Shown here: in pieces, positions 48,501 through 60,500 of the stretch | Numbering within the stretch: the first letter of the stretch is position 1 | Layout: each line of letters opens with the position of its first letter | NCBI GenBank assembly: GCA_013239625.1 | Contig: MU053933.1 | Coordinates: forward strand, 3,588,470 to 3,652,469 | Source: Lama guanicoe | Taxonomy: Eukaryota | Reading direction: 5' to 3' | DNA: 64,000 nt | Notes under the pieces: generated by a model | Seen by the model: the letters and a program-made list of their open reading frames with translations, nothing else | Database searches by the model: none | Told to the model about the DNA's origin: nothing | Position numbers and translations under genes: made by a program

Positions 48501-51500
48501 CCTTCTTTGTAGCAGGTTGTGCAGGAAAATGAGGTCCAAGGTTGACTTCAGGGGGATAAGCTGGTTCCAGGAAGCCTCTGAAAGTGACCAATGAGTTGTT
48601 CTGTTTTCTGTTTTATTGTGGGCTATTAGATTACAGTTATTCTCTTTATTTATCAGTGGTTAGTGGGGGCCTCTTCGGATCAGCTCCTGAGTCCTGTGGA
48701 CACACCCCTGGTTCTCTGAGGCCACACTGAGAGCAGAAGCTCGGACACTCGGGGAGGTGGTGCAGTTCATGTCCTAGACCTAGAGCCCTGCTTCTTCGGG
48801 GAAAACTGAATTTAGGACCACCATCTGGGCACTTGATGTTACTGGCTCTTTTCAGACAGAGTAGGAAGTGATGTCAACTTTCTTGTAAGATCACCCACAT
48901 CATGAGCATATGCTGCTGGTTCCAACTCAAGTTCACGTCCTCAGGGTTTTTCCGTAACTCTGCTCTTTCTCCCACACTGAAGAATTGCAGTGGTCAAGGA
49001 CTGCAGCAGAGGTTCTCCTGGACCTGAGGCCACTCTGCACACACTGCAGTCTCCAAATAGCGGTCCCCACACAACCTCTGAAGCATGAGATTTCCAAGAG
49101 CAGCTTACAATGTTTTTTCAATTCTTTTTGCCCATAAGGTGTGTCCCACTACAACTGGACTAGTCAAATTGCTATGTTTAAAGTCACTTTGAATACATTC
49201 TTTCTGTGGGGCTGTGCCACTAACCTGATTCCAGTTTCGTTGAGTTCATTTGTTTTAGTTTACTTTCAGTTGTTACGGGTTGCTTTGTCAATTTTTAAGT
49301 TTTTTGTATGTAAAACACTTACATGATTCCAAAGTCAAATTTGAAAACAAGGTATGTTCAGAGGAGTCTGGCTTCTGCCCTGCCTTCCCAGGGCTTCTCC
49401 CACAGGAGGTCACGTGATCACTTTTATGGCTTGGCTAACTTTCTGTCTGTAACGTACAGTTGCAGATTCCCATCCACGTGTACACAGACGCAGAATTTGT
49501 GTGTGTGTGTGTGTGTCTGTGTGTGTGAAATGACGCACAGCACACTCTTGTCTCTCCCTGTTTCTCACTTAGCAAAACATCACAGGGTCTTGAGTATTCT
49601 CGCCCAGGGCTGCTCCCAGCTTCCAGCTTCCCACCAGCCCGAGGAGCCAGCATGCGCTCAAACACAGCTCCTTGTCTCTGCCCCTGTACAGGCCGTCGAC
49701 AGCATCCACCAGGTGGGCGTGTACTGTCTGGCCCTGGTTCCTGCCAACACCTTGCCCAAGGCTCCTCTCGGAGGGATTCACATTTCTGAAACCAAGCAGC
49801 GCTTTCTGGAGGGGATGCTGCACCCGTGTAATGTGCTAATGTGCCCTCACACATGTGTTACCAACCTCCCCAAACCTCGCCAGAAACAGCCAGGTTAGTT
49901 GTACACAACAACACATGTCTGTTCAGCCTTAAAGTCAGTGGCAGCTACACTTGGGTTTAAATGGTGCTGCCCTGTTGGACCTCACATCCCTTGGGGATGG
50001 GGTTAAAAGCCAGAGCAGATGGCACACCAAGTCCATCACCGCCTCCTGACTCCTTGGAATGAGAGCACGTCGTGGTTGCTCTCCTCGCCTGTTAGAACCC
50101 ATCCTAGGACTGAGCCAAGCCTAGCACCTTGGCTCTGAAGGCTGGGCGGTGGCTCCCTGGGGGCAGAGATGGTGCCCGGGGCTTGGACTCTTAACGCCCA
50201 CGGGACCATGGCGGGCTGCTCAGCGCTGCGATCTGCCATGGCCTCCAGGCCAGTGGGACCTGGGAGGTCTCGGCAAACGGCGTTTCCCTTCCCTGATTTA
50301 ACTGTTACGTACACATTTTCATTCCTTTGGTTATGTAAATTCTTAGTAAATGCTAACTTTTCTTGATATTTGAACACATAAAATACCATTAAGTAAAATT
50401 CATTTAATCAGGAAGATTTCAGTGAAATGCATTGCGTTCAGCTGTGGCCAAGTTCAAATCAGAGCCCCCAGGCACATGCCACACAGTGAGTTTCTTAGAT
50501 AGCATTGCTTACATTGAGGAGAGAGTCTCTGATACTTAGCACCAACCTTGTAGCTGGTTTCCCGAACACCTGTGTCTTAGGGAAGAGTCAAGTGCCTACC
50601 TGCAAATAGAAGTCGTGTGTCATTATCCATCACACTCCCCCACGTCTCACTCAGAAGTCCCTCGTGTTCTAGAGGTCGGACCAGCCTCCATGATTGTCGG
50701 GAATCTGGTTGCCGGGAAGAGAATTGCTCAGGCCTCGGGGAGGGAGCTGGCTCACTTGGAGGACAGCGACCAGGCGAGGAAGGTAAGGTGGGCAGCGGTT
50801 GAGGGGGCGCCTCCTGGGCAGGTGGGACCCCGCCAGGACTGAGCCTCTCGCGCCCTTCCCGCAGTTCCTGTTCCTGCCAGACGTGCTGCGGTGGCGGGCC
50901 CACACCACCCCCGAGCATCCGCTGTTCCTGCTGCTCAACGCCAAGGTGAGGCCTGCCAGCCACATGGGTGTGGCGCTCAGCCTCATGGTCTCACATTCGG
51001 AGAACAGCGAGCCTTGACGCCCAGGCCTGTGGCTGGCGTGGTTCTCTCTGTGGAGCCTCAGCTTCCACACAAGCCACGCCGTTAAATCTCTGAGGATCTC
51101 ACATCTAACAGGAAAATCCTCATGAGCTTGTCTTTTGATTATGCCCAGTGTGCATGTTAAGTGAGTTAAGAGGAGGTATTTACTTTGTGAAAATTAGGAA
51201 TTTAGACTTTCTGCATTTATCTATAGGCTTTAGCATGACAAATACGTCTTTCTGCCTTTCCGTGGGCTTCTAAGGTGTAAAGAAGGAGAAAGTAATCCTC
51301 ACATCCAGTTGTGGGCCAACAGACAAAGTATGAAAAAGTGACAGTTAATTAACAGTAAAAACCCTGCATGACTCGCCATCAGACGCATGGCAGGGGCCGC
51401 AGGGCCTGTGCTCTGATGCAGTAGCGGGGCTGCTGTGGTTTTAGAAACACACACTGCCCACTGCTGGCCACTGGTTCTTCACTCAAAACATACTGGCCAG

Positions 51501-54500
51501 TGCCTGCTTATGCACTTAGTGTTAAGTAAGATAAGAAAGGCCCCTGTTCTCAGGGCACTGAAGTGAGTCTTCCCTGCTGGCAAACTAGTCCACAAGAGAG
51601 GCCTGATCTTCCTTGTTCACAGTGGATCTGCAGATGGAGACCATGCTCAGTAAACATTTGTTTTACGATTGTTTGAGTTCTAAAACGTGGAGAAAGCCAG
51701 TAAATAACAGCTGACCAAGACAGAGTCAGCTCATGACGAGGCCTGGAGATCCATACAGAAGGGCCGGGAGCAGGCGGGGCCGGGGCACTGGACTTTAACT
51801 AGTGGGTGGTGGGAAGCCCCAGACCTGAGCCCTGAGGAGCGACAGGCAGCTTGTGATTCGGAGCAATTCCTCTGGATTATGAGGGTGAGTGTGGAAGCAG
51901 GAGGGCCCCGGAGGCTGTGTCCAGACACCAGGTGGCTGTTCGGAGAGACGGAGGGCAGGGGTCCTGCAAGGGCCCGAGACTGGCTCTGGGCTGTTGGCTG
52001 AGCGCCTGTGCAGCGGGGCGCTTTCCTGGGGTGGGAAGCTGCCCAGGGGGAGTTGTACAGACATGCTTACCAGGCATGCGGTCAGCCCAGAAAAGCCCAA
52101 GACCGTCTTGAGCTTCGAAAGTTCAGGAGGAGCCAAGAGAAGACCATCTGGCCTTCTCAAAATCCATCCCAGACTTGGCTTAAAGTCACTCATAAGTTTT
52201 TGCATTTCTTTTGGTTTGCCAACCTTCTCAGGTTTGAATTGTCCGTAAGTCCCCGAAGATGTGCTGACCTTTGACCCGGGAGAAGGCCTGTGCCTGTGCA
52301 TGTGGTGCCCCAGCACGAGGTGGCCCCTGGCCTGAGGGATCCAGGTCATCCGAGGGGCCTGGCGGGGTTCTGGGCCTTTGGGCTCCTGGGGTGTGCCCAG
52401 CGTGACGCTCTGCACCTCAGCTTGGGTGTGAGGAGCGGGTCTAACTCACAGTGCAGGACCCCAGGGCCTGTGCGGTGGGACCCCAAGCTGAGGAGAAGTG
52501 AGGGGTTTGGATGCTACCCTGGGCCTGAAGGATGTTGATGGTTTTCCTAAGAAGGACTGACAGAGCCGAGGCCTGACTTGGGTCAGTGGCAGGAGGGGGT
52601 CATTAGCATGGGGCTGGTCCTGGCCCGGAGGTCCTCAGCAGAGACCCCGGTGAATGCTGAACCCTCAGGTGCGGGGCCACCCCACCAGCCACTCGTCCCC
52701 CAGACGCCCAGAAAGAGCAGGCTGCAGGTGACACAGGCCACGAACCTGGTTGGTGTGGCACCTGCACGTGCATGAAGTGTTTGTTTATTATTATTTACTG
52801 ATGTGTGTTTCTTTTCAGGATAATGGTTGCTTCTGGGGAGGGAGAGGGTGGACTAGGGGTGTGTGTAGAGTGGTGATGATGTATTTTACGAAAGAAGTTG
52901 AAACAGTGTTAAAATATTAGGTAATGAGAAACTGGATATTTATTCGATTATTCCTTATGATATTATAATATTTTAAATATTTTCTCAAAAAGGCCAAAAG
53001 AGTTTACTTTCATCTCTGAGCCTGACTGTCGTGGACAAGCAGGCTCTGAGGAGATGCTCAGTGGCCAGGCCCTTCACTGCTGGCGCAAGAGCCCCTGCCA
53101 GGGCCCTACCTGAGATGCAGGGGCTGGAGAAGGCGGCGGGTGTGTCAGGGCCGCGTCCCAACTCCCAGCCAAGGGTGGGACGTGGTGTGCACAAGTGACC
53201 CCAGATCCCCTGAGCAGGCGCCCTTGGCCCCCGGCTCAGTGGTGCCCTTGGTTGCTTTCCCAGGGCACTGTCACCAGCACCGCGACCTGCATCCAGCTGC
53301 ACAAAAAGGCTGAGAGAGTGGCTGCTGCCCTGACGGAGAAGGCTCAGCTGAGCGCCGGGGCCCACGTGGCACTGGTCTACCCCCCAGGTAAGCAGGTGGA
53401 GCCGCCAGGCCCAGCCTGCCGCCTCTGAGCCTGAAGCTGTTTCATCTTCCCCCAGCACCTGCAGCCCATGAGCAGGGACAGTCTGGTTGTGCGGGTGCCC
53501 CCCACCCCCACCCAGGTCTTAGTGCCACCGGCTGCACCTTCCTCCTGCCTTTTCCACACGGCTGTTCTCCCCGTCCTCCCCACCGTCTCTCCCTGCAGAG
53601 CAGATGCCTCTAACCTCTAACTGCCAGCCAGCTGAAGAAGTGGGTCTTCACCTGCCCATCCCAGCACCTCCTCATTATCCCCACGTCAGCCTCTGTCCTG
53701 CCTCCCGGGGTCACCGCTTCTCCCCAGTTTGCTCACCTGGCTGAGCACCCTGGACATCATGGCTCCATCTGCCGGTTTTCTTTCCATCTGACATGTTGTT
53801 ACGTCTCTGAATCTGCGGGCTGCCCTCTTGCCCTCTCCTGGGCCCTGTGGCGTCCTCCGGTCTGGAGCTGCTCAGTGGGCCGAGACCCTGGGCCCCTGCC
53901 AGCTCCATGGGCCTCGCCAAGACCCCAGGCGGTATAGAGCTGTCTCCTCAGAAACCGTAGGTCGGGTCTCTCATCCTGTGGAATCAGCTTACTAGCAGAC
54001 ATTGGTGCCCAGCGTCCCACCCCGACTAGTTCGGGAGGGCCACAAAGTGGTGGCCTTATAATTCTGTCATTCTCTTTACTCACCGGTCCTCCCCTCGGTG
54101 GTGCCAAGCAACCAGGGCTAGGGTTCACCTCTGAACAGTGGAGTAAGTGTCAGGTCTTTCCTTCTGGTAGTGACACGAATTGTTTCCCATCATTCTGGGG
54201 GTGCTGCTCCCAGGTGCTCAGTGTGACCTCTCATCCTGACGCCTCCTGGCTGCCTGGTAGCCCAGATGCTCTGGCCAGTTCCCCCCAGAACGGCCCCCAG
54301 AACGGGCTTCCAGGTGAGCTGCTGTCTGTCCCCTCCCAGTGAACAGAGCTCGGCATTATAGCAGGCGTCCTTGTCTGTCTCAGGCAGCACCTCCTGCGTT
54401 CACACTGTGTGTCCCGTTCAGTTCAGGGTTACAGGGTTTTTTACTGGACCCTTTCTACATTGTGTCTGTGTCTCCTTTCCCCCACCAGGAATCCTGGTTC

Positions 54501-57500
54501 TCCAGGGCGGGGGAGATGTTGGAGCTCAGGTACCCCATGGTTGCTCACTTGCTTTATCCTCCATCACCAGTGGCACCGCCAAGTACTGGTAGTGACAGGC
54601 GACCACCGGTGTGCTTTTTGAAACCGCTCACATTTTCCCGCACCCGCCGCCTCTGCCCCTTTTCCCTGCAGCTGGGCCCAGTGCCCACTCCTGCGTCTTC
54701 CTGGTGCGCTGGTTTTCCATAGTCTACTTCTCAGGAAGGGCTCAAGGGAACAGTATCCCAAGTTCTTGCTTGTTGATGGCAGTCTGTACACTCTGTAATT
54801 GGAAGTCGTTTTTGCTGGATGGGAAACCGTTGACTTGCATTTTCTTTTCTCAGGCATCTCTAACATGTGTCCATTTTCTCCTGGCTTCAAGCACCAAGGC
54901 CGATGAGACCCTGATGTCCGTTCTCATAGGGGTCACTTGGCCTTGGTATCAAAAGGGTATCTTTACTTTCCTTACAGCGCATACCTAGTAGTGAGCTTGC
55001 TTGCTCTGGGTCAGCGTTCCCATGTGTGAGGTGCCTTTAAACGTGTAGTTGCAGGTCTTCTTTCTGACCTGAAGGGGGCTCTCTGGAGCCACGGTTCCCG
55101 TGTGCCCCCTCCTGGTTTCCCTCGCGTCCTCGCCTCGCATTGGATCTGCTCTGACACGTTCTCTGGAAGCGTTTCTGTTGGAGTTTTCGGCCTTCTCTGT
55201 CCATCCTTTCGTCCGTCCGTCATCCTGAGGTTGTGTCCGTTGTCTGCTCTGGGGCCCCTGCTAGGTCTGTCTTCATTTCTGACTTTCTGCTTCTCATTTG
55301 TTATTCTTTTACGTCTTGTATCATTTTCTTTTCATGTATTTTCGCACATTTTGAAGTTGAAGACCAGCCCCAGTTTTCAGCTGCTGCCTTTGCCTGTATG
55401 GGCAGGTGATGTTCTGCTCCTGTTTCTTCTTCACACCTTGTGAGGGACTTAGCTTCACGTGGTGGCCCCTGGGCCGCCGTCTCTGGGCCTCCCTCCCCAA
55501 CTCTGCCCCGTGCCCCACTCCCTGGGCCCTGCTTTGTTGGACTGGGTTGCTGGTCCCAAACCTTCCCAGATGTTAGCTGTCACCAGTGAGTACTTGAGTG
55601 GTCTCCTCTCCCTGCTCTCTGACCAGAACTACAGTTTTGAGAACAGGACGCTGGTGTCCCCCCAGGTGGGAACAACTGAGCCTCCCTGGGGATTCCAGGC
55701 CTTCCAGTGCCCTCCCTGCCCCATGCGGGTTCTCGGGAACCTCCCTCGCTCTTCCCCCAGTGCAGCCCCGACGCTGTCCTCACCCCCAGCTCCCTCCCAC
55801 GGCCCGCTCCATTCTCTCCTGCCCGGTCATGGGGTCTCGTTCTGGGAGTCTGCTCTTGGCTGTTCGGGGTGGGTTTCTCCCAGATCTGGCACCTGGGTGC
55901 CACACACTCGGGATACGTTTCTCCTTGCTGTGCCCTAGCTGGACCAGGAGCCCCTGGTTTCTGCGGGTCTCTCTGGGCCAAGTTGGTGCCCTTCCAGGGT
56001 TGGAGGTGATAAGGTGTCACTTCCTCCTCTTTATCAGCTTGTTCTTCTCCAGGAACCTCTCTGGGATATGCTCGAGCCTGGGACCTTCCCACTTCCTTGC
56101 CCGTTTAATCTTCATCTCAGGAAAATGTTCTTTTTCGTTACTGCCTCTTCTTTTCCTGCTTCTGGAACTCCTGGCTTCTGTGTAGGTGAATCTTGGATCT
56201 CCTACACGTGGTTTCCCTTGGCGTCCACTGTGCTGCCCCGTGTGCCCAGGCCCCAGCGTCCCATCTCTTCCGCATGTCCGCTGGACACCCACAGGCCCCA
56301 GCACTTTGTGCTGGGACTTTTGCTACTGAGGGAGCTGGGGGGCCACTCCCCAGGGGGCTGCCATGGAGCGTGGACATCTGGTGACCACCCAGCCACATGC
56401 TCCCTGCCCAGGAGCCAGGGCGAGGCGGCAGCCTGGCTTGGTTCCTGACCTGGACATGGGGTGACGTGGACACTCCAGAACCGCTGCTGGCATCATAGCT
56501 ACTTCTGCACCTTCCACTCTTGGAACATGTGGCCGTTTTCCTCCAGGAAGGGTGGCCGTCCCTACTCTTTACCTGCCCTTGGGCTCCGGGGGAGGAGGCT
56601 GAGCGCCCCTGAGGACGGGAGGCTTTTTGGGGCTCAGGGCTGGGGCTGCAGTCACAGGAAGGGAGAAGAAAAGACAGACCGGGGCCTGAGCCCTGCTCTG
56701 CTCTGCAGTACATTTGACCCTGTTCATAAAAAAATTTTAGTGAATAAAGGAAAATGCATGGTGAAAGTTCTGAAGTTACACTTTAAAAGCTTACCAGCAG
56801 GTAGCAAATGTACTTAGTAGCCAGAGGGCAGAGCCGGGCCCTGCGTGAAGGCTGAGGGGTGCAGACGCTCTGCGGGCGCACACGGGGCCTGCTGTGCACT
56901 TCCTGGGGAGAGCTAAGACCCTTTCCCAGACGGGTGTGTGACCCAAGGTATTAAGAACCAGTGTTCTCTGGAAGCTGCAGAAAGGTGGGGTGCAGGTGGG
57001 GTGGGCGCTCCAGGTGCTCGCGGATGACGCCAGGACAAGAGGAAGGTGCACACGAGGGCAGGTGAGCTGTGTGGGCTCCAGGAAGTGACCCCCGGATGAT
57101 GCTTTCTTGTGTTCATCGGGGTTTTCCGGGGTGATGTTCGTGGTGCGGGGGCTGAGTGGTCGTGCTGGGTGTGAGGACGCAGTGTAGGCGGTGGTCTGGG
57201 TGGGTGGGCTCAGGCTCCGTCAGTAACACACTGAGCTGCCCCGGACCTGGTGGGGCATCAGCTTGTAGCCTGGTGAAACCCACAGCTGGGTTAAACGTGG
57301 CATGTTTACTGTAACTCTGGAATCAACAGCCTGAGTTTGGTGTCTTGTAGCCTGAGGATGCCAGACAGGGCCCTGTCTGACTTGAGGGGAGCATCTGGAG
57401 GGGCCTCCTGGGTGTGGGGGCACAGGTGTTCTCAAGTCAGACTGAGTTCAAGAGGAGAAAATAGATTTCAAGATGCAGCGTCCCCAGGTTTTAATTATAG

Positions 57501-60500
57501 AGAATTTTAAACAAGTAGAAAAGTTGAAGGAACAATGTGTCATGTCGTTAAGAGTGAAGTGGATGTCCTGGCCCACCCCCAGGGGTGTGGGCCTCCCCAG
57601 GAGAAGCGTCCAGGCCCCCACATTCGGGCACAGGTGCCTGCAAGGAGCTGTGGGACCTCTGGGGCAGGCAGCTCACCCTCAGAGGAACCCTGCTGTCCTT
57701 GCCCGCCCTGCCGCCCACTCTGTCACACAGAAATGGCGGGCAGAGGGCGCTGTCCACGGGGCCAGGCTTCCCACATCCGTGACATCTGTGCCTTGGCTGC
57801 GCACCGCCCTCCCTGGCCTCCCAGGGTCTGGGCAGGGGCGACCTGCAGTGAGGACTGCTGTCTGTCCATCCCTAATGTGCTGTGTTCCATGAACACCCAG
57901 TCGGTATAAAGTGGGTGGTTTCATCCAAGCAAAGCGGATCCGCTTCCCTCGTCCTTGTCGAGCTGTGGCCGCCTTTGACCACTGATGCCCTCTGACCACG
58001 TGTCTCCCAGGGCTGGACCTCATCGCCGCCTTCTACGGCTGCCTGTACTGTGGCTGTGTGCCTGTCACCGTGCGGCCCCCACACCCCCAGAACCTGGCCA
58101 CCACGCTCCCCACCGTCAAGATGATCGTGGAGGTGGGCGAGCACAGCAGCTGGCGGGGTGGCCTGGGCCTGGGCCCTCGAGTACTTGGCTCCTGGACGCT
58201 GTGTCTCACTCGTGCTTCAACCCTGTGGTCTGCAGGTCAGCAAGTCTGCGTGCGTCCTCACTACGCAGCCCATCGTGCGGCTGCTCAGGTCCAAAGAGGC
58301 AGCAGCCGCTGTGGATGTCAGGACCTGGCCGACCATTTTAGACACAGGTGTGCGTCCTCGGTGTGCTGGTGTGTGCGCTGCCCGCCCCCTGCCCAGGACG
58401 AACCCCCTTGCTTCCTTTGTTGTGGGGAGTGCATTGTTACTGCCCACAAATAAGAGTCAGGGAAGAGCAGCCCCAGTACATGGTGGGGAGCCTCGCCAGC
58501 AGGTTCCTAGCAGCCTGTGTCCACCAGCTGGAGCCTAGAGCCAGGCACACAGAGCAGAGAGTGGGGAGGGGAGCGGAGGTCCTTGCCCGAGGCCTTTGCA
58601 CCTGTGGGCCGAGTTCCTCCTGCCTCTCACGCCCGCGTGTGTGGATAGTTGTGGGGACACTGATGGTTCCCACGGCGCGCACGCCTGGCCTTTGTCCCCA
58701 TCACTGGCCCGCGCTGCCACACCCTAGGAAATGCTTGCAGGTCGTGGGAACGGCTGTAAAGCCCCGGCCCCTCTGCCTTGGCCTGTCGGGTCAGCCGGGG
58801 GGCTGAGAGCGTCTCAACCCCTCCCCATCAAGACACCCCAAACCAGCAGCCCCCGTAGGCCCCCCTGGTAACTGGAGGTGCACAGTCACATGGGTGTCAG
58901 CCGGGATGCAGACTGGCGGGTGTGGGTGCCTGTCCTTGTCAACCAGAGCACCGCCCATGGAGGAGGTCAGGCACTGTGCCCGCCTGCCTGATACCATTGA
59001 CCAGCCCAGGGCGCTAGTCCAGGGCAGCTGGCGTGGGGCCCTGGGGTGGGCTCAGGAGCAGATGGCTCAAGGGAGTCTGTCGCCTCACTGGCTCCCTGCC
59101 GCATGCCCACCTGTACTCGGTCCACCTCGTGCTCCTGCAGGAACTTGGTGAAGCACAGGAGCCCTGGGAGCCCGTCCATGGCGCTTGCTGTGCCCGAGTC
59201 GTTAATCCTGGCTTCGTCACAGGCTCTGTGACCTTTGCCAGGTGCCTGCTCCGCTGAGCTTTCCCACGCAGTTCTCACGGCCTGTGTCCTCCCCACTCGC
59301 CCACTGTCCCTGTCATCACACGCTCAGTGCGCTCGGTGAGGGTCCACTCCATGTGACATTCCCCGATGGAGCGAATAAGCTTCCCCACGTGCGTGTGCAG
59401 CCCAACTGCTGCTCTGAGCTCCCCAGGCCCCAGGTCCGAGTCCTGCCTCATGTCTCCTGCGAGAGCCTGAGTAACAGCCATGTCGCCCGTGTCTCCTGCT
59501 CGACAGATGACATACCCAAAAAGAAGGTGGCCAGCATTTTCAGGCCCCCGTCCCCAGACGTGCTCGCGTACTTGGACTTCAGCGTGTCAACGACGGGGAT
59601 CCTGGCGGGTGTGAAGGTGGGCGCTCTGGTCACAGCTCCTGTCTGCTCAGCCCTGACCCAGGGGTGGGAGAAGGGTGCTGGGGCAGGTCTACGCAGGCCT
59701 CTCCTCCTGCCCAGAGCTTGAAGCAGCAGTACTGTTCCTTACAGTTTGTGTGAAATACCAATGAACCCTAAATTGGGCTGGCCTGAGAGCAGCGTGCATT
59801 TTGGTATTTCATGATCTGATGTGTGAGCATTTGGTCTCGACAGCCAGGTGGCTTTGGTGGCTCTCCTTCCTGGGAACCAAAAGCCCCATTACAATTCTTT
59901 ATTTTCCTGGAGTTTCACTTAGAAGACTTTTGGTGCGCTGTTTCCTGGGTCTTCTTTGGTTTATGTGGGATTTGAGCCAGCCACCCTTTCAGGAAGAGAA
60001 CACTTCTGGCCTGGCGGCTGGGAGAGCAGGCTCTGCTGTTAGCCCTCCTTCCACATCACTGAGCACTGCCTGCATTTCGCTCTAGATGTCGCACGCAGCC
60101 ACCAGCGCCTTGTGCCGCTCCATAAAGCTGCAGTGTGAGCTGTACCCCTCCAGGCAAATCGCCATCTGCCTGGACCCCTACTGCGGCCTCGGCTTCGCCC
60201 TGTGGTGTCTGTGCAGGTGAGTGTGGAGGGAGAGTGAGCAGGTAACACCCCCCACACCTTCCCTCACCCCCCACTGCTGCGTGCACCTGGGGGGCTGAAT
60301 TGCTTCTCTAGACCCCCACCTTTCTCAGGTATGGTTCTGTTTCCCAGGAAGTGGAAGATACACGTGTGAGTTGGGTTGGTTGGTTTGGGTGTGGGGTGGG
60401 TTGAAGCCTGGATCTGAAACTGAATAGAAAAGAAAAAGGAAATTTCTCGTTAAATTCACGCCCTCTCTGTTACTAGTACTTGGGCCGAGACAGTTTAAAT

